DNA of 22,740 nucleotides from a virus: IMG/VR virus record IMGVR_UViG_3300030493_000264, positions 1 to 22,740 of that record; one strand, 5' to 3'. Shown piece by piece: positions 15,547 to 22,740 of this stretch (position 1 is its first letter; each line of letters starts with the position of its first letter). The notes under the pieces were generated by a model. It saw only the letters and a program-made list of their open reading frames with translations, ran no database searches and was not told where the DNA came from. The position numbers and the translations under genes were made by a program.

Positions 15547-18420
15547 GTGGCATTTCGCTATGTCGATGCAATTCTTCAGGCCCTCCATAACAATGCAGCC
15601 CTGCACGACCTCGTGGATGGCAACCTGTTCAAGTTCAAGTCCCTGGAAGAGAGCGAGGCCGGCCTTGGCAGGAGTACTCATAAAAGCCTGATCTCTGTAG
15701 AGCTTAGATCCTGGCCAGGATCGAAAGAGGTCACCGAGCCAGTTCCAGTAATCGATATCAGATCCAGGAGCGGGGCGGAATACTGCCTTGAGATCGCTAA
15801 AGCCGTCAAGGACATTATAGACGATGGCATAAGTGAAGTCATTGACGGAATCGCCTATGTTATCTCCATCTCCAGCCTGGATGGTGATCTGACCTGGGAC
15901 AAGACCTTACTGGCCTGGCGGCTCATCTACGTGGTCAAGGGTATAATCTACAACCCAGCCACCGTAATGAGCCTCACGCCCAGCCTTGCGAGCCCACAAA
16001 AGCCAGATAATAAGGTTATATGGTTCTGTGCCTGCCCTGAAGCTACTACCCAGGAGATCCGATACAGGTTCTCACTAAACGGCCCAAGGACCGGCAGTAT
16101 CTGGCAGGATGTGACGGGTTGGACCCCTCAAGCATACTGGCTCTGGGTCGTCTCAGCTTCAGACATTGGAGCCAACCAGGTCAAGGTCGAGGTCAGGAAC
16201 GCTCAAGGCCTCCCCTCGGCTGATGCCAGCTCTACAGCCAGCTATATGATCCTGGCTAATGCCCTGCCTGTCCTGTCAGCTCTGACTCCGAGCCTGGCCA
16301 GCCCCCAGGCCCCTAAGGTCAGCGTATCGTTTACGGCTGAGGCCTCAGATGCAGAAGGCGATTGGATACTCTATCGCTTCTGGCTTAATGGCCCAGGGAC
16401 CGGGAACGTATGGCAGGATCAAACAGGCTGGCAGACAGAGAATAGATGGGTCTGGAATCCCAGAGCTGAAGATGTAGGGACCAGCCAGGTCAAAGTCGAG
16501 ATCATAGACCAGATGCATGCGGGCCGGTCTGGGTATGATGCCTCGTTGACTGTCAATTATACAATCAATGACACCACACCCACCATCTCAGGAGTTGTAT
16601 CGACCCCTGGAAGCCCAACAGCTCCAGGCACGCCAGTTACCTTCATCTGCAGTGCTGCAGGCGGCGACACAGATTCTATATTGTACAGGTTCGTGCTAAA
16701 CGGCGGAGGCACAGGCTGCATCGACCGAGAGCTTGCGGGCTGGCAGTCTGGCAACTCCCATACCTGGACGCCTCAGGTTGCAGATATCGGCTCCAACTCG
16801 ATCACCGTCTATGTCAGAGATGGCAAGCATGCTGGGCCTGGCGGGTATGATGACTCTTACACAGCATACCACAACATCAATGCTAACTCTGCGCCCATCA
16901 TCCAGGGGATCTCATTCAGCCCAACAAGCCCGCAGTTCGTAGGCAAGACCGTAGAGGTGATAGTCACCGCCTCAGATCCAGACCTGACAGACGATATTCT
17001 CTACAAGTTCCAGGACCTCCATCTATCAGCACTTGCCAGGGTCTTAGAAGCGCCATCAACTCACGTAATGAGCCTGGCCCTGCATTCAAGCGGTCTCGGC
17101 TTTGCCATCTCTTACGACGAGATGCACCTTTACAGAACCCGGGACCGAGGCATCAACTGGGAGGACCTGGGCGACCTGGGCCTTGATGACCTCCGATCTG
17201 TGGCCATATTTGATAACGGCGTGGTCATAGTCTCAGGATCTCATCAGGTCGATTGGGTGCCCCACATAGTCAGGTCTACAGATGAGGGCGACCACTTCAC
17301 CGTAGTCTATTCGTATCCCAATGGAGACGCAGAGGCCGTTTGCGGCCTGACTGTCCACTCTTCAGGCGTGGCCCTGGCCTATTCTATGTGTGATGGCAAG
17401 ATACTGAGGTCCCCAGACTTTGGTGAGAACTGGTCGATTGTCTACTCATCTGGCTATGAGGCTGTGTATGGCGGGTTCTGCTTCTTTGATAACGGCGTAG
17501 TCCTTGGAGGATATGACGGTCTGCTGAGGTCTATCAACTGGGGCGAGACCTGGGCCGAGGTATCCACGCCTGGACTCTATGGCTCTATCATGGGCCTGGC
17601 CTGTGATCCGGCAACCGGCTATGCCCTGCTTGGTGGAGTTGATGGCCTGATCTACATGACTGATGACTGGGGCCTGACTATCAGCCTGCTCGTGAATCTG
17701 CCAAGCGGCATCTATGGCCAGACCCCTTGCCTCCATATCGAGGCTGACGGCCTGACCTTTTATGCCTGCGATAACAAGGTCTACGTATCGCCCAGCTGGG
17801 GATCAGATCCACAGCTCTATTACTCATTCCCTGATGAGCTGGATTGTGTCTTTGCCATGGCTTTTCTGCCGGGCATTATCCTGATTGGCAACGACATTTA
17901 CGGCCAGGGCTTCATCCATAGAGGCACCTACGACCGCACTGACCTTACAGCCTGGCAGGCCAGAAATACCTTCAGCTGGTCACTATCCAGGTTCTATGAA
18001 GGACTCAATATCATAAAGGCCATGGTTCGAGATGGCGCCCATGCAGGCCCAGGGTCATGTGATGACTCAACGCTGTACTCCTATGAGGTCAGCGGCTACG
18101 CCGTGCCTACAATTGCATCACTTACACCTTACCCGGCCAGCCCCAGGGTGCCAGAGCAGAGTATCACGTTTACGGCAACGGCCACTGATCCCAATGATGA
18201 TGGTCTAGGGCTCATGTATAGGTTCTGGCTACAAGGCCCAGGGACCTCAAACCAGTGGAGGATGCAGACGGGATGGCAATCTCTGAATCATTGGACCTGG
18301 CGGCCTACCCTTGCAGATGCAGGCTCAAACAACATCAAGGTCGAGGTCAGGAATGGAAAGCTGGCCGGTCCTGGGTCATATGATGCCACGACCACCGTCG
18401 TATACACCATCAATGCATGA
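15547..18420 (+). CDS. Mosaic virion protein: tail-terminator-like N-domain, five Ig-like repeats, BNR/Asp-box beta-propeller inserted in repeat 4
   Basis: N-terminal ~135 aa is DUF3168-like by pattern. Repeats of P.SLTP..ASPQ..YRFxLNGPxTG..W...TGWQ..W.W...D.G...VEV.DG.HAG..YD. Asp-boxes RTRDRGINW, RSTDEGDHF, RSPDFGENW, RSINWGETW and MTDDWGLT. Confidence 0.7.
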   Translation: MAFRYVDAILQALHNNAALHDLVDGNLFKFKSLEESEAGLGRSTHKSLISVELRSWPGSKEVTEPVPVIDIRSRSGAEYCLEIAKAVKDIIDDGISEVIDGIAYVISISSLDGDLTWDKTLLAWRLIYVVKGIIYNPATVMSLTPSLASPQKPDNKVIWFCACPEATTQEIRYRFSLNGPRTGSIWQDVTGWTPQAYWLWVVSASDIGANQVKVEVRNAQGLPSADASSTASYMILANALPVLSALTPSLASPQAPKVSVSFTAEASDAEGDWILYRFWLNGPGTGNVWQDQTGWQTENRWVWNPRAEDVGTSQVKVEIIDQMHAGRSGYDASLTVNYTINDTTPTISGVVSTPGSPTAPGTPVTFICSAAGGDTDSILYRFVLNGGGTGCIDRELAGWQSGNSHTWTPQVADIGSNSITVYVRDGKHAGPGGYDDSYTAYHNINANSAPIIQGISFSPTSPQFVGKTVEVIVTASDPDLTDDILYKFQDLHLSALARVLEAPSTHVMSLALHSSGLGFAISYDEMHLYRTRDRGINWEDLGDLGLDDLRSVAIFDNGVVIVSGSHQVDWVPHIVRSTDEGDHFTVVYSYPNGDAEAVCGLTVHSSGVALAYSMCDGKILRSPDFGENWSIVYSSGYEAVYGGFCFFDNGVVLGGYDGLLRSINWGETWAEVSTPGLYGSIMGLACDPATGYALLGGVDGLIYMTDDWGLTISLLVNLPSGIYGQTPCLHIEADGLTFYACDNKVYVSPSWGSDPQLYYSFPDELDCVFAMAFLPGIILIGNDIYGQGFIHRGTYDRTDLTAWQARNTFSWSLSRFYEGLNIIKAMVRDGAHAGPGSCDDSTLYSYEVSGYAVPTIASLTPYPASPRVPEQSITFTATATDPNDDGLGLMYRFWLQGPGTSNQWRMQTGWQSLNHWTWRPTLADAGSNNIKVEVRNGKLAGPGSYDATTTVVYTINA

Positions 18421-18426
18421 GGCAGA

Positions 18427-19689
18427 ATGACGATAGAATTCAAGATCTACAACAAGACCGGGGCGGCCATTATCCCTGATATCATCTCCTTTCGACTGGA
18501 AGAGACGTTCATGGATCATGCAAGCCTGGTCTTTAGAACTGCTGAGTCTGCAATCCTCAAGAACATGTCCAAGGTCGAGGTCAGAGATGGAACCACTCCT
18601 CTGTTTATGGGCTACATTTACAAGCCTGAAAAGGTGGCGTCACCTGACGAGCCCAGCAACTTCTACTGTTATTCAGTCTCAAAGCTCCTGGAGTACCGAT
18701 ATCCGCCCTCCATGACTTTTGAATCAGGAACTATGATCAAAGAGGTGATCAATGACGCCATAGGGACTACTGGCGTTCTTGCAGATGCCAATCACAGGCT
18801 GAACTTTGACATGTGGCTTGGGCCAAACGCACCAAACTATACCTGGTATATCAGGAACCATGGGACGAACAGGTTTGTAGCCCCATCAACAATGTACATA
18901 GGGGCCACACCCATAACTCACGCTACATCTCTGGCAGCCATAGGCGTAAATCAGTGGTGGCAGACAGCCACGGAAATGTACGTCAGAACCTCTTCGATCA
19001 TACCCCCGGACAACTCGCCTTATTGCTACTGGCAGGACTACAAGAGCACGAGCATCAAGCGCATGGTCGGCCTTGATGACACAGGGCTTAATGATAGAGT
19101 CTACACATTCCGGGATGAGTCTATTTACTCGTTCCTGGCCAGGCTCTTTAAAGCCAACCATCTTGAATATGAGTACCAGCCCAACAATGACGGCTTTACC
19201 TATCTACGGTTTGCCCAGAACATAGCCAACGGCTCTAGCGTGGCGCCTGTGATCACTTTTACCAAAGACTCGAACGTCATAAGGATTAAGTTCACGACCC
19301 TGGATCATGACAAGTACGGGTTTAACGCCTACTCTGTTGAGTGCAAGACCTTTACTCACTCAGATATATCATCGGTCCACAATGCGAGCACTGATCTGTA
19401 TTTCTGGCGAGACTCTTACACCAAATCTCCAACCCTGACCAGCGCCCAGGCTTCGGCGGCTTCGCTTACTGAATACGGTAAAAAATGGTATCAGTGCTAT
19501 GGAGGATATGAGGGCCTGCCTGTTGAGGTCACGATGAAATATGCATCATCCCCGGCCCTGGTCTGTGGTGATTGGGTCTGGCTGGTTGCAGCAATTGGCA
19601 GGACTTACAGAATACTCTCCAAGATCACCGAACTGGCAGACGGCAAGCTAACGGCCACCATGACGCTTCATGATTGGTATAACTTCTGA
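18427..19689 (+). CDS. Tail-tip/baseplate hub-like protein (putative)
   Basis: N-terminal SLVFRT..VEVRDG..LFMGYI..FYCYSVSKLLEYR..IKEVI and later IYSFLARLFKANHLEYEY resemble Tal/gp27-like hub folds. Position is before the fibre. Confidence 0.5.
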   Translation: MTIEFKIYNKTGAAIIPDIISFRLEETFMDHASLVFRTAESAILKNMSKVEVRDGTTPLFMGYIYKPEKVASPDEPSNFYCYSVSKLLEYRYPPSMTFESGTMIKEVINDAIGTTGVLADANHRLNFDMWLGPNAPNYTWYIRNHGTNRFVAPSTMYIGATPITHATSLAAIGVNQWWQTATEMYVRTSSIIPPDNSPYCYWQDYKSTSIKRMVGLDDTGLNDRVYTFRDESIYSFLARLFKANHLEYEYQPNNDGFTYLRFAQNIANGSSVAPVITFTKDSNVIRIKFTTLDHDKYGFNAYSVECKTFTHSDISSVHNASTDLYFWRDSYTKSPTLTSAQASAASLTEYGKKWYQCYGGYEGLPVEVTMKYASSPALVCGDWVWLVAAIGRTYRILSKITELADGKLTATMTLHDWYNF

Positions 19690-19698
19690 GGTGGAAAG

Positions 19699-20835
19699 AT
19701 GGATGACTATGAGAGAATGAGATTTCTTGAGCGGTATGCTGGGGTGTCTGGATGGATCAACTCGCCAGATGTGTGGACCTATGCCTCGGCTGCATTCCCA
19801 TATTATACATTCACAGTTCCTGGAGATAGGAGAGATATTCTTTACGAAGGAATCAGGGTCAAGCTTACCCAGGCCTCAGTCAAGTATTTTCTGGTGACCA
19901 ATGCCACATATGCAGCCCCAAACACGACAGTTACCCTTTACGGTGGGGGAGATTATGACCTGGCAAGTGCGCTTATAACAGATCCATACTACTCGCCGGA
20001 TTATGCGCCCTCCGGCTACCTCCTCTATTTTGATGAGGTCCTTGACCCGGAGGCGGACCAGTACGCCCATATAAACAGTATAGAGACTGGCGATGTAACC
20101 CGAAATACCAAGATTGCTAACTTAGAGAGTGGCTGGGTAGCCGTAGCTGATACCTGGACGTTTGGAGCTGCCGATGCCCCGACGTTCACCTTTACCATTC
20201 CAGCCGACAGAAGGGCCACGCTCTACCCAGGGGTCAAGATCAGGCTCACTCATGCGGCTGCGGTTAAGTATTTCATAGTTACTGCATCCAGCTATTCGGC
20301 ACCTAATACCACAGTTACCGTTTACGGTGGCACTGATTATGTTCTTGCAGCCGGTGCTATCACCTCACCGTATTATTCGACCGCCAAAGCCCCCACAGGC
20401 TTCCCGCTCAATTTTGATAAATGGTCTGTCATAGTCAGCAATACAAGCGACGTGACCCAGGCCAGCCCCACTGCAGGCACCTGGTACAACCTGGGCTCTA
20501 TATCAATTCCTGTTCCAATTGGGCTCTGGCTTGTCAGCTATGAAGTGACTCTGCGCGTTACAAGGGCAGCTGCTGGTGTTGTCGATGAGTTTGTCACGCT
20601 CTCCGATGCCAATAACACTGAGCTTTCCAAGACCTGGACTGGGCACATCTATGCCTCGTATGCTATCGATTTCCGTGGAACAATTACCCAGATCCCAACT
20701 GTAATCAGTCGGCCTTCCACAAAGGCGACTTATTACTTGAACGCAAAGACCAGCACGGCCAGCATGACCAATATATATTTTTACGGCGCCACCGCAAGGA
20801 CCACAACGATAAAAGCAATTTGCGCTTACCTCTAA
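19699..20835 (+). CDS. Tail fibre / receptor-binding protein
   Basis: Last gene of the operon. Internally duplicated ~90-aa module (19750-20019 and 20131-20406) plus a C-terminal beta-sandwich-like head. Confidence 0.65.
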   Translation: MDDYERMRFLERYAGVSGWINSPDVWTYASAAFPYYTFTVPGDRRDILYEGIRVKLTQASVKYFLVTNATYAAPNTTVTLYGGGDYDLASALITDPYYSPDYAPSGYLLYFDEVLDPEADQYAHINSIETGDVTRNTKIANLESGWVAVADTWTFGAADAPTFTFTIPADRRATLYPGVKIRLTHAAAVKYFIVTASSYSAPNTTVTVYGGTDYVLAAGAITSPYYSTAKAPTGFPLNFDKWSVIVSNTSDVTQASPTAGTWYNLGSISIPVPIGLWLVSYEVTLRVTRAAAGVVDEFVTLSDANNTELSKTWTGHIYASYAIDFRGTITQIPTVISRPSTKATYYLNAKTSTASMTNIYFYGATARTTTIKAICAYL

Positions 20836-20848
20836 CCTGCTGAACCGC

Positions 20849-20854
20849 TTTTTT
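20849..20854 (+). terminator. Oligo-T terminator at the end of the viral operon
   Basis: TTTTTT 13 nt after the fibre stop codon. Confidence 0.45.
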
Positions 20855-21038
20855 GCTCTCAGTTAATAAATGATATTTTTTCCAGTTTTATCTAAAATGT
20901 CACCCATTGGAATAGCTTGCCGATTGCAGCATCAGAAAGATCCAGCAGTCATTGGCTTTTGGCACTGTTATTTTGTCTGGAGCTTTATCCAATCACCAAC
21001 TGTTTTCAGGCTACTCATGCGATTGCCGTTCAGCTCAT

Positions 21039-21052
21039 CTGCAGGCCTGCAG
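21039..21052. other. 14-bp perfect palindrome between convergent genes
   Basis: CTGCAGGCCTGCAG. Confidence 0.6.
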
Positions 21053-21104
21053 CCAACGCCCAGCGTGCTCCCTCTCTCTTGCCCTAGCCTCTGAAGTTAT
21101 TCAG

Positions 21105-21827
21105 CTAAACTATCGTAGCGCCCTGAGATTCACTCAACTCCACGGATTCCAACCGTTTCAAAGCCTCTTCTGCGACTGGCTGACATTCGTACTGCCAATA
21201 TCTCGCTGGAACATCATTAACCCTGGTGTTCACCGGCACCATGCCAAGCGTGGAGTGAAGAATGCGACCAATTGCCTTGCTATTTAAACCAATTTCGTTA
21301 GAAATATCGCTAGACGTTGGTTCTTTACCCCTGCTGAAGAAGCCCAGTAGAGACCTCAACACCGCCTTTGTTCTCTCCCGCTTTTCTAGCTCTTTTTTGG
21401 CCTGCTTTAGCTTGATCCTTTCAGCTGGTTTCTGCCCTGGCATGAGAATGGGCGAGCTCTCAGGCGCTGATGCAGACGAGATCTCCAACTCCTGATCAGC
21501 AACAACTCCTGGCAATGGCGAAAGCTCATGAGCAGCTGGATCATGGACCTGTATCTGCCCCTGGGTCTGTTCCTGTCTTCTATTGACCCTCTCGACAAGG
21601 GCATCCACACCGCCCCAACGTACCAGTGCATCCTCCACGGCATCGCAGGTATGGTATTCCCTCAAATGGTTTTTAATGCACTGATTCACATATTCAACTG
21701 TAGCTGCCCTGGTGTCATGGTGAAAATATTGGCGGAGCGAATCACGTATGACATCGCTTGCTGGTCTACCCGTTTCTGCTATGGCGGCTTTTAGATCCTC
21801 GGGCAGCCGTACTGTCGTCTGCTCCAT
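21105..21827 (-). CDS. DNA-binding protein with N-terminal CopG-like ribbon-helix-helix and C-terminal winged helix
   Basis: MEQTTVRLPEDLKAAIAETGRPASDVIRDSLRQYF is RHH-like. PTSSDISNEIGLNSKAIGRIL..RYW is wHTH-like. Confidence 0.75.
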   Translation of the reverse strand: MEQTTVRLPEDLKAAIAETGRPASDVIRDSLRQYFHHDTRAATVEYVNQCIKNHLREYHTCDAVEDALVRWGGVDALVERVNRRQEQTQGQIQVHDPAAHELSPLPGVVADQELEISSASAPESSPILMPGQKPAERIKLKQAKKELEKRERTKAVLRSLLGFFSRGKEPTSSDISNEIGLNSKAIGRILHSTLGMVPVNTRVNDVPARYWQYECQPVAEEALKRLESVELSESQGATIV

Positions 21828-21851
21828 GACGTCTTTTACTGCTCAAGAATG

Positions 21852-21889
21852 ATATATGTACTTCCCCTTGTAAGACGAAGGTATTACAA
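21852..21889 (-). promoter_or_regulatory. TATA-like box and adjacent inverted repeat upstream of the RHH-wHTH gene
   Basis: TATAT about 25-30 nt upstream of the ATG at 21827. Inverted repeat TTGTAAGAC-GAAG-GTATTACAA (21868-21889, 1 mismatch). Confidence 0.45.
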
Positions 21890-22268
21890 ATCCTACTTAG
21901 ATTGATCCTCTCTGAGTTACATATGGGAGTTAATTATGTTCAGGCACTTTTTGCATGACTATTCCGGTTAACCCAGGCTTGGCTGCACAATAGGTCTTGC
22001 TATGAACCGTCCTTCAGGATATTGTATATGGATTGATCCATGACATTTGGAGCGATGGCGATGATTATGTCATAGATCGATATGCGTTATTACAAGCTTA
22101 AGGTAAGTGATCGTCGGTCATCGGGGTCAATCCTCCGCACCGATCTCGAATGAGCCTTTATAGCTATTTTAGACCAATCAACTTCGGGAAACAGATATTG
22201 GTAAAGGAGGGATTGGCGAAAGGGGTATAGGAGGGAGAAAAGAGATATTCGACTTTCGCCATAGTATG

Positions 22269-22466
22269 TTACGTCAATTGCCGATATAAAGTTTTTGGTA
22301 ATTTGGTTATTCCAGAAACAATGTGAGTTTGCTCCTCTTGGAGCACGTTCCCAGGATTATCGAGCTAGAAAATATGCCAGAAGTACGGTAAGGCCGGTAG
22401 ATAATAGTTCAACATATAGTACCTCTCATTGATTATTGCGTGCTCCTTCTGACCGTATTTGCCCAG
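22269..22466 (-). pseudogene. Fragment of an unidentified gene (copy B of the flanking duplication)
   Basis: LGKYGQKEHAIINERYYMLNYYLPALPYFWHIF*LDNPGNVLQEEQTHIVSGITKLPK. An in-frame TAG at 22365-22367 replaces the TGG (W) of copy A. Confidence 0.6.
22293..22383 (+). repeat. Diverged direct repeat, right copy
   Basis: 73/91 nt identical to 3774-3864. Confidence 0.9.
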
Positions 22467-22675
22467 CTATCATTTCACGAGCCAAAGCCCTCCTGGGCAG
22501 CGCGTTCGATCGCATAGACCGCTTGCTGGGATTGGTATTAAGAGAGCAAAAATCAGAGTAGACCTCACATATCCATACTTACCTTAAATTCAGCTCCGCC
22601 ATTGCTCTTAACTTCTAGTGCACAAAAGCTTAAATAGTCATACAGATATATGAAACTGGATTAGATTATTATAAG

Positions 22676-22740
22676 ATGAAAAATATACCAGGTCCAAAGC
22701 CATTAGAGATTAGCTTGACTGCGATTGAGCGCCAAGGTTT
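22676..22740 (+). mobile_element. 5' end of a probable IS630-family transposase (runs off the window)
   Basis: MKNIPGPKPLEISLTAIERQG resembles the 'PGPKP..I.L...ER..L' N-terminus of IS630-type transposases. Only 21 codons are visible. Confidence 0.4.

Larger units (their letters stand above)
5768..20835 (+). mobile_element. Archaeal head-tail virus-like morphogenesis operon (provirus remnant or GTA-like element)
   Basis: Co-oriented, tightly coupled ORFs (many ATGA/TTGA overlaps or GAGGTG SDs) in canonical order: terminase, portal, protease, scaffold, cement, capsid, adaptor, tail-like proteins, fibre. Confidence 0.9.

Noticed and set aside
19699-20835. Diversity-generating retroelement targeting the fibre
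   Set aside because: No reverse transcriptase and no near-identical template repeat differing at adenines; the internal duplication is old and protein-level.
14107-20835. Encapsulin or contractile injection system
   Set aside because: Terminase and portal are present (not an encapsulin), and no sheath, tube or wedge genes are seen.
20870-21794. Plus-strand ORFs 20870-21094, 20952-21287, 21262-21495 and 21528-21794
   Set aside because: Weak starts, no motifs, and mostly antisense to the RHH-wHTH gene.

Overview
Archaeal DNA, most likely from a Methanothrix/Methanotrichaceae-like methanogen. That assignment is inferred from GAGGTG Shine-Dalgarno sites, TATA-box promoters and Methanothrix-type Ig-like repeats. 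All family calls are by-eye motif recognition; no searches were run. The left part (1-3.7 kb) holds an IS5-like element end, a thermonuclease, a Soj-type ParA with an unusual partner gene, and several small winged-helix genes. The partner's coding DNA contains an array of AGTCATGACT palindromes, a motif also found at the parA start. An AT-rich orphan gasdermin-like gene (4038-4916) and a ~0.85 kb hairpin-rich ORF-free gap follow. Next is a compact, apparently intact head-tail-virus morphogenesis operon (5768-20835): putative holin, TerS, TerL, portal, a UDG-like/XkdF-protease fusion, scaffold, DUF2190 cement protein, major capsid, adaptor, a tail-terminator-like/Ig-repeat/beta-propeller protein, a hub-like protein and a fibre. 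It has no recognisable tail tube, tape measure, integrase or replication gene, so it may be a tube-less virion, a GTA-like element or a reduced provirus. The gasdermin-plus-virus block is bracketed by two ~80% identical copies of a decayed gene fragment (3774-3864 and 22293-22383). The window ends in a probable IS630-like transposase start.
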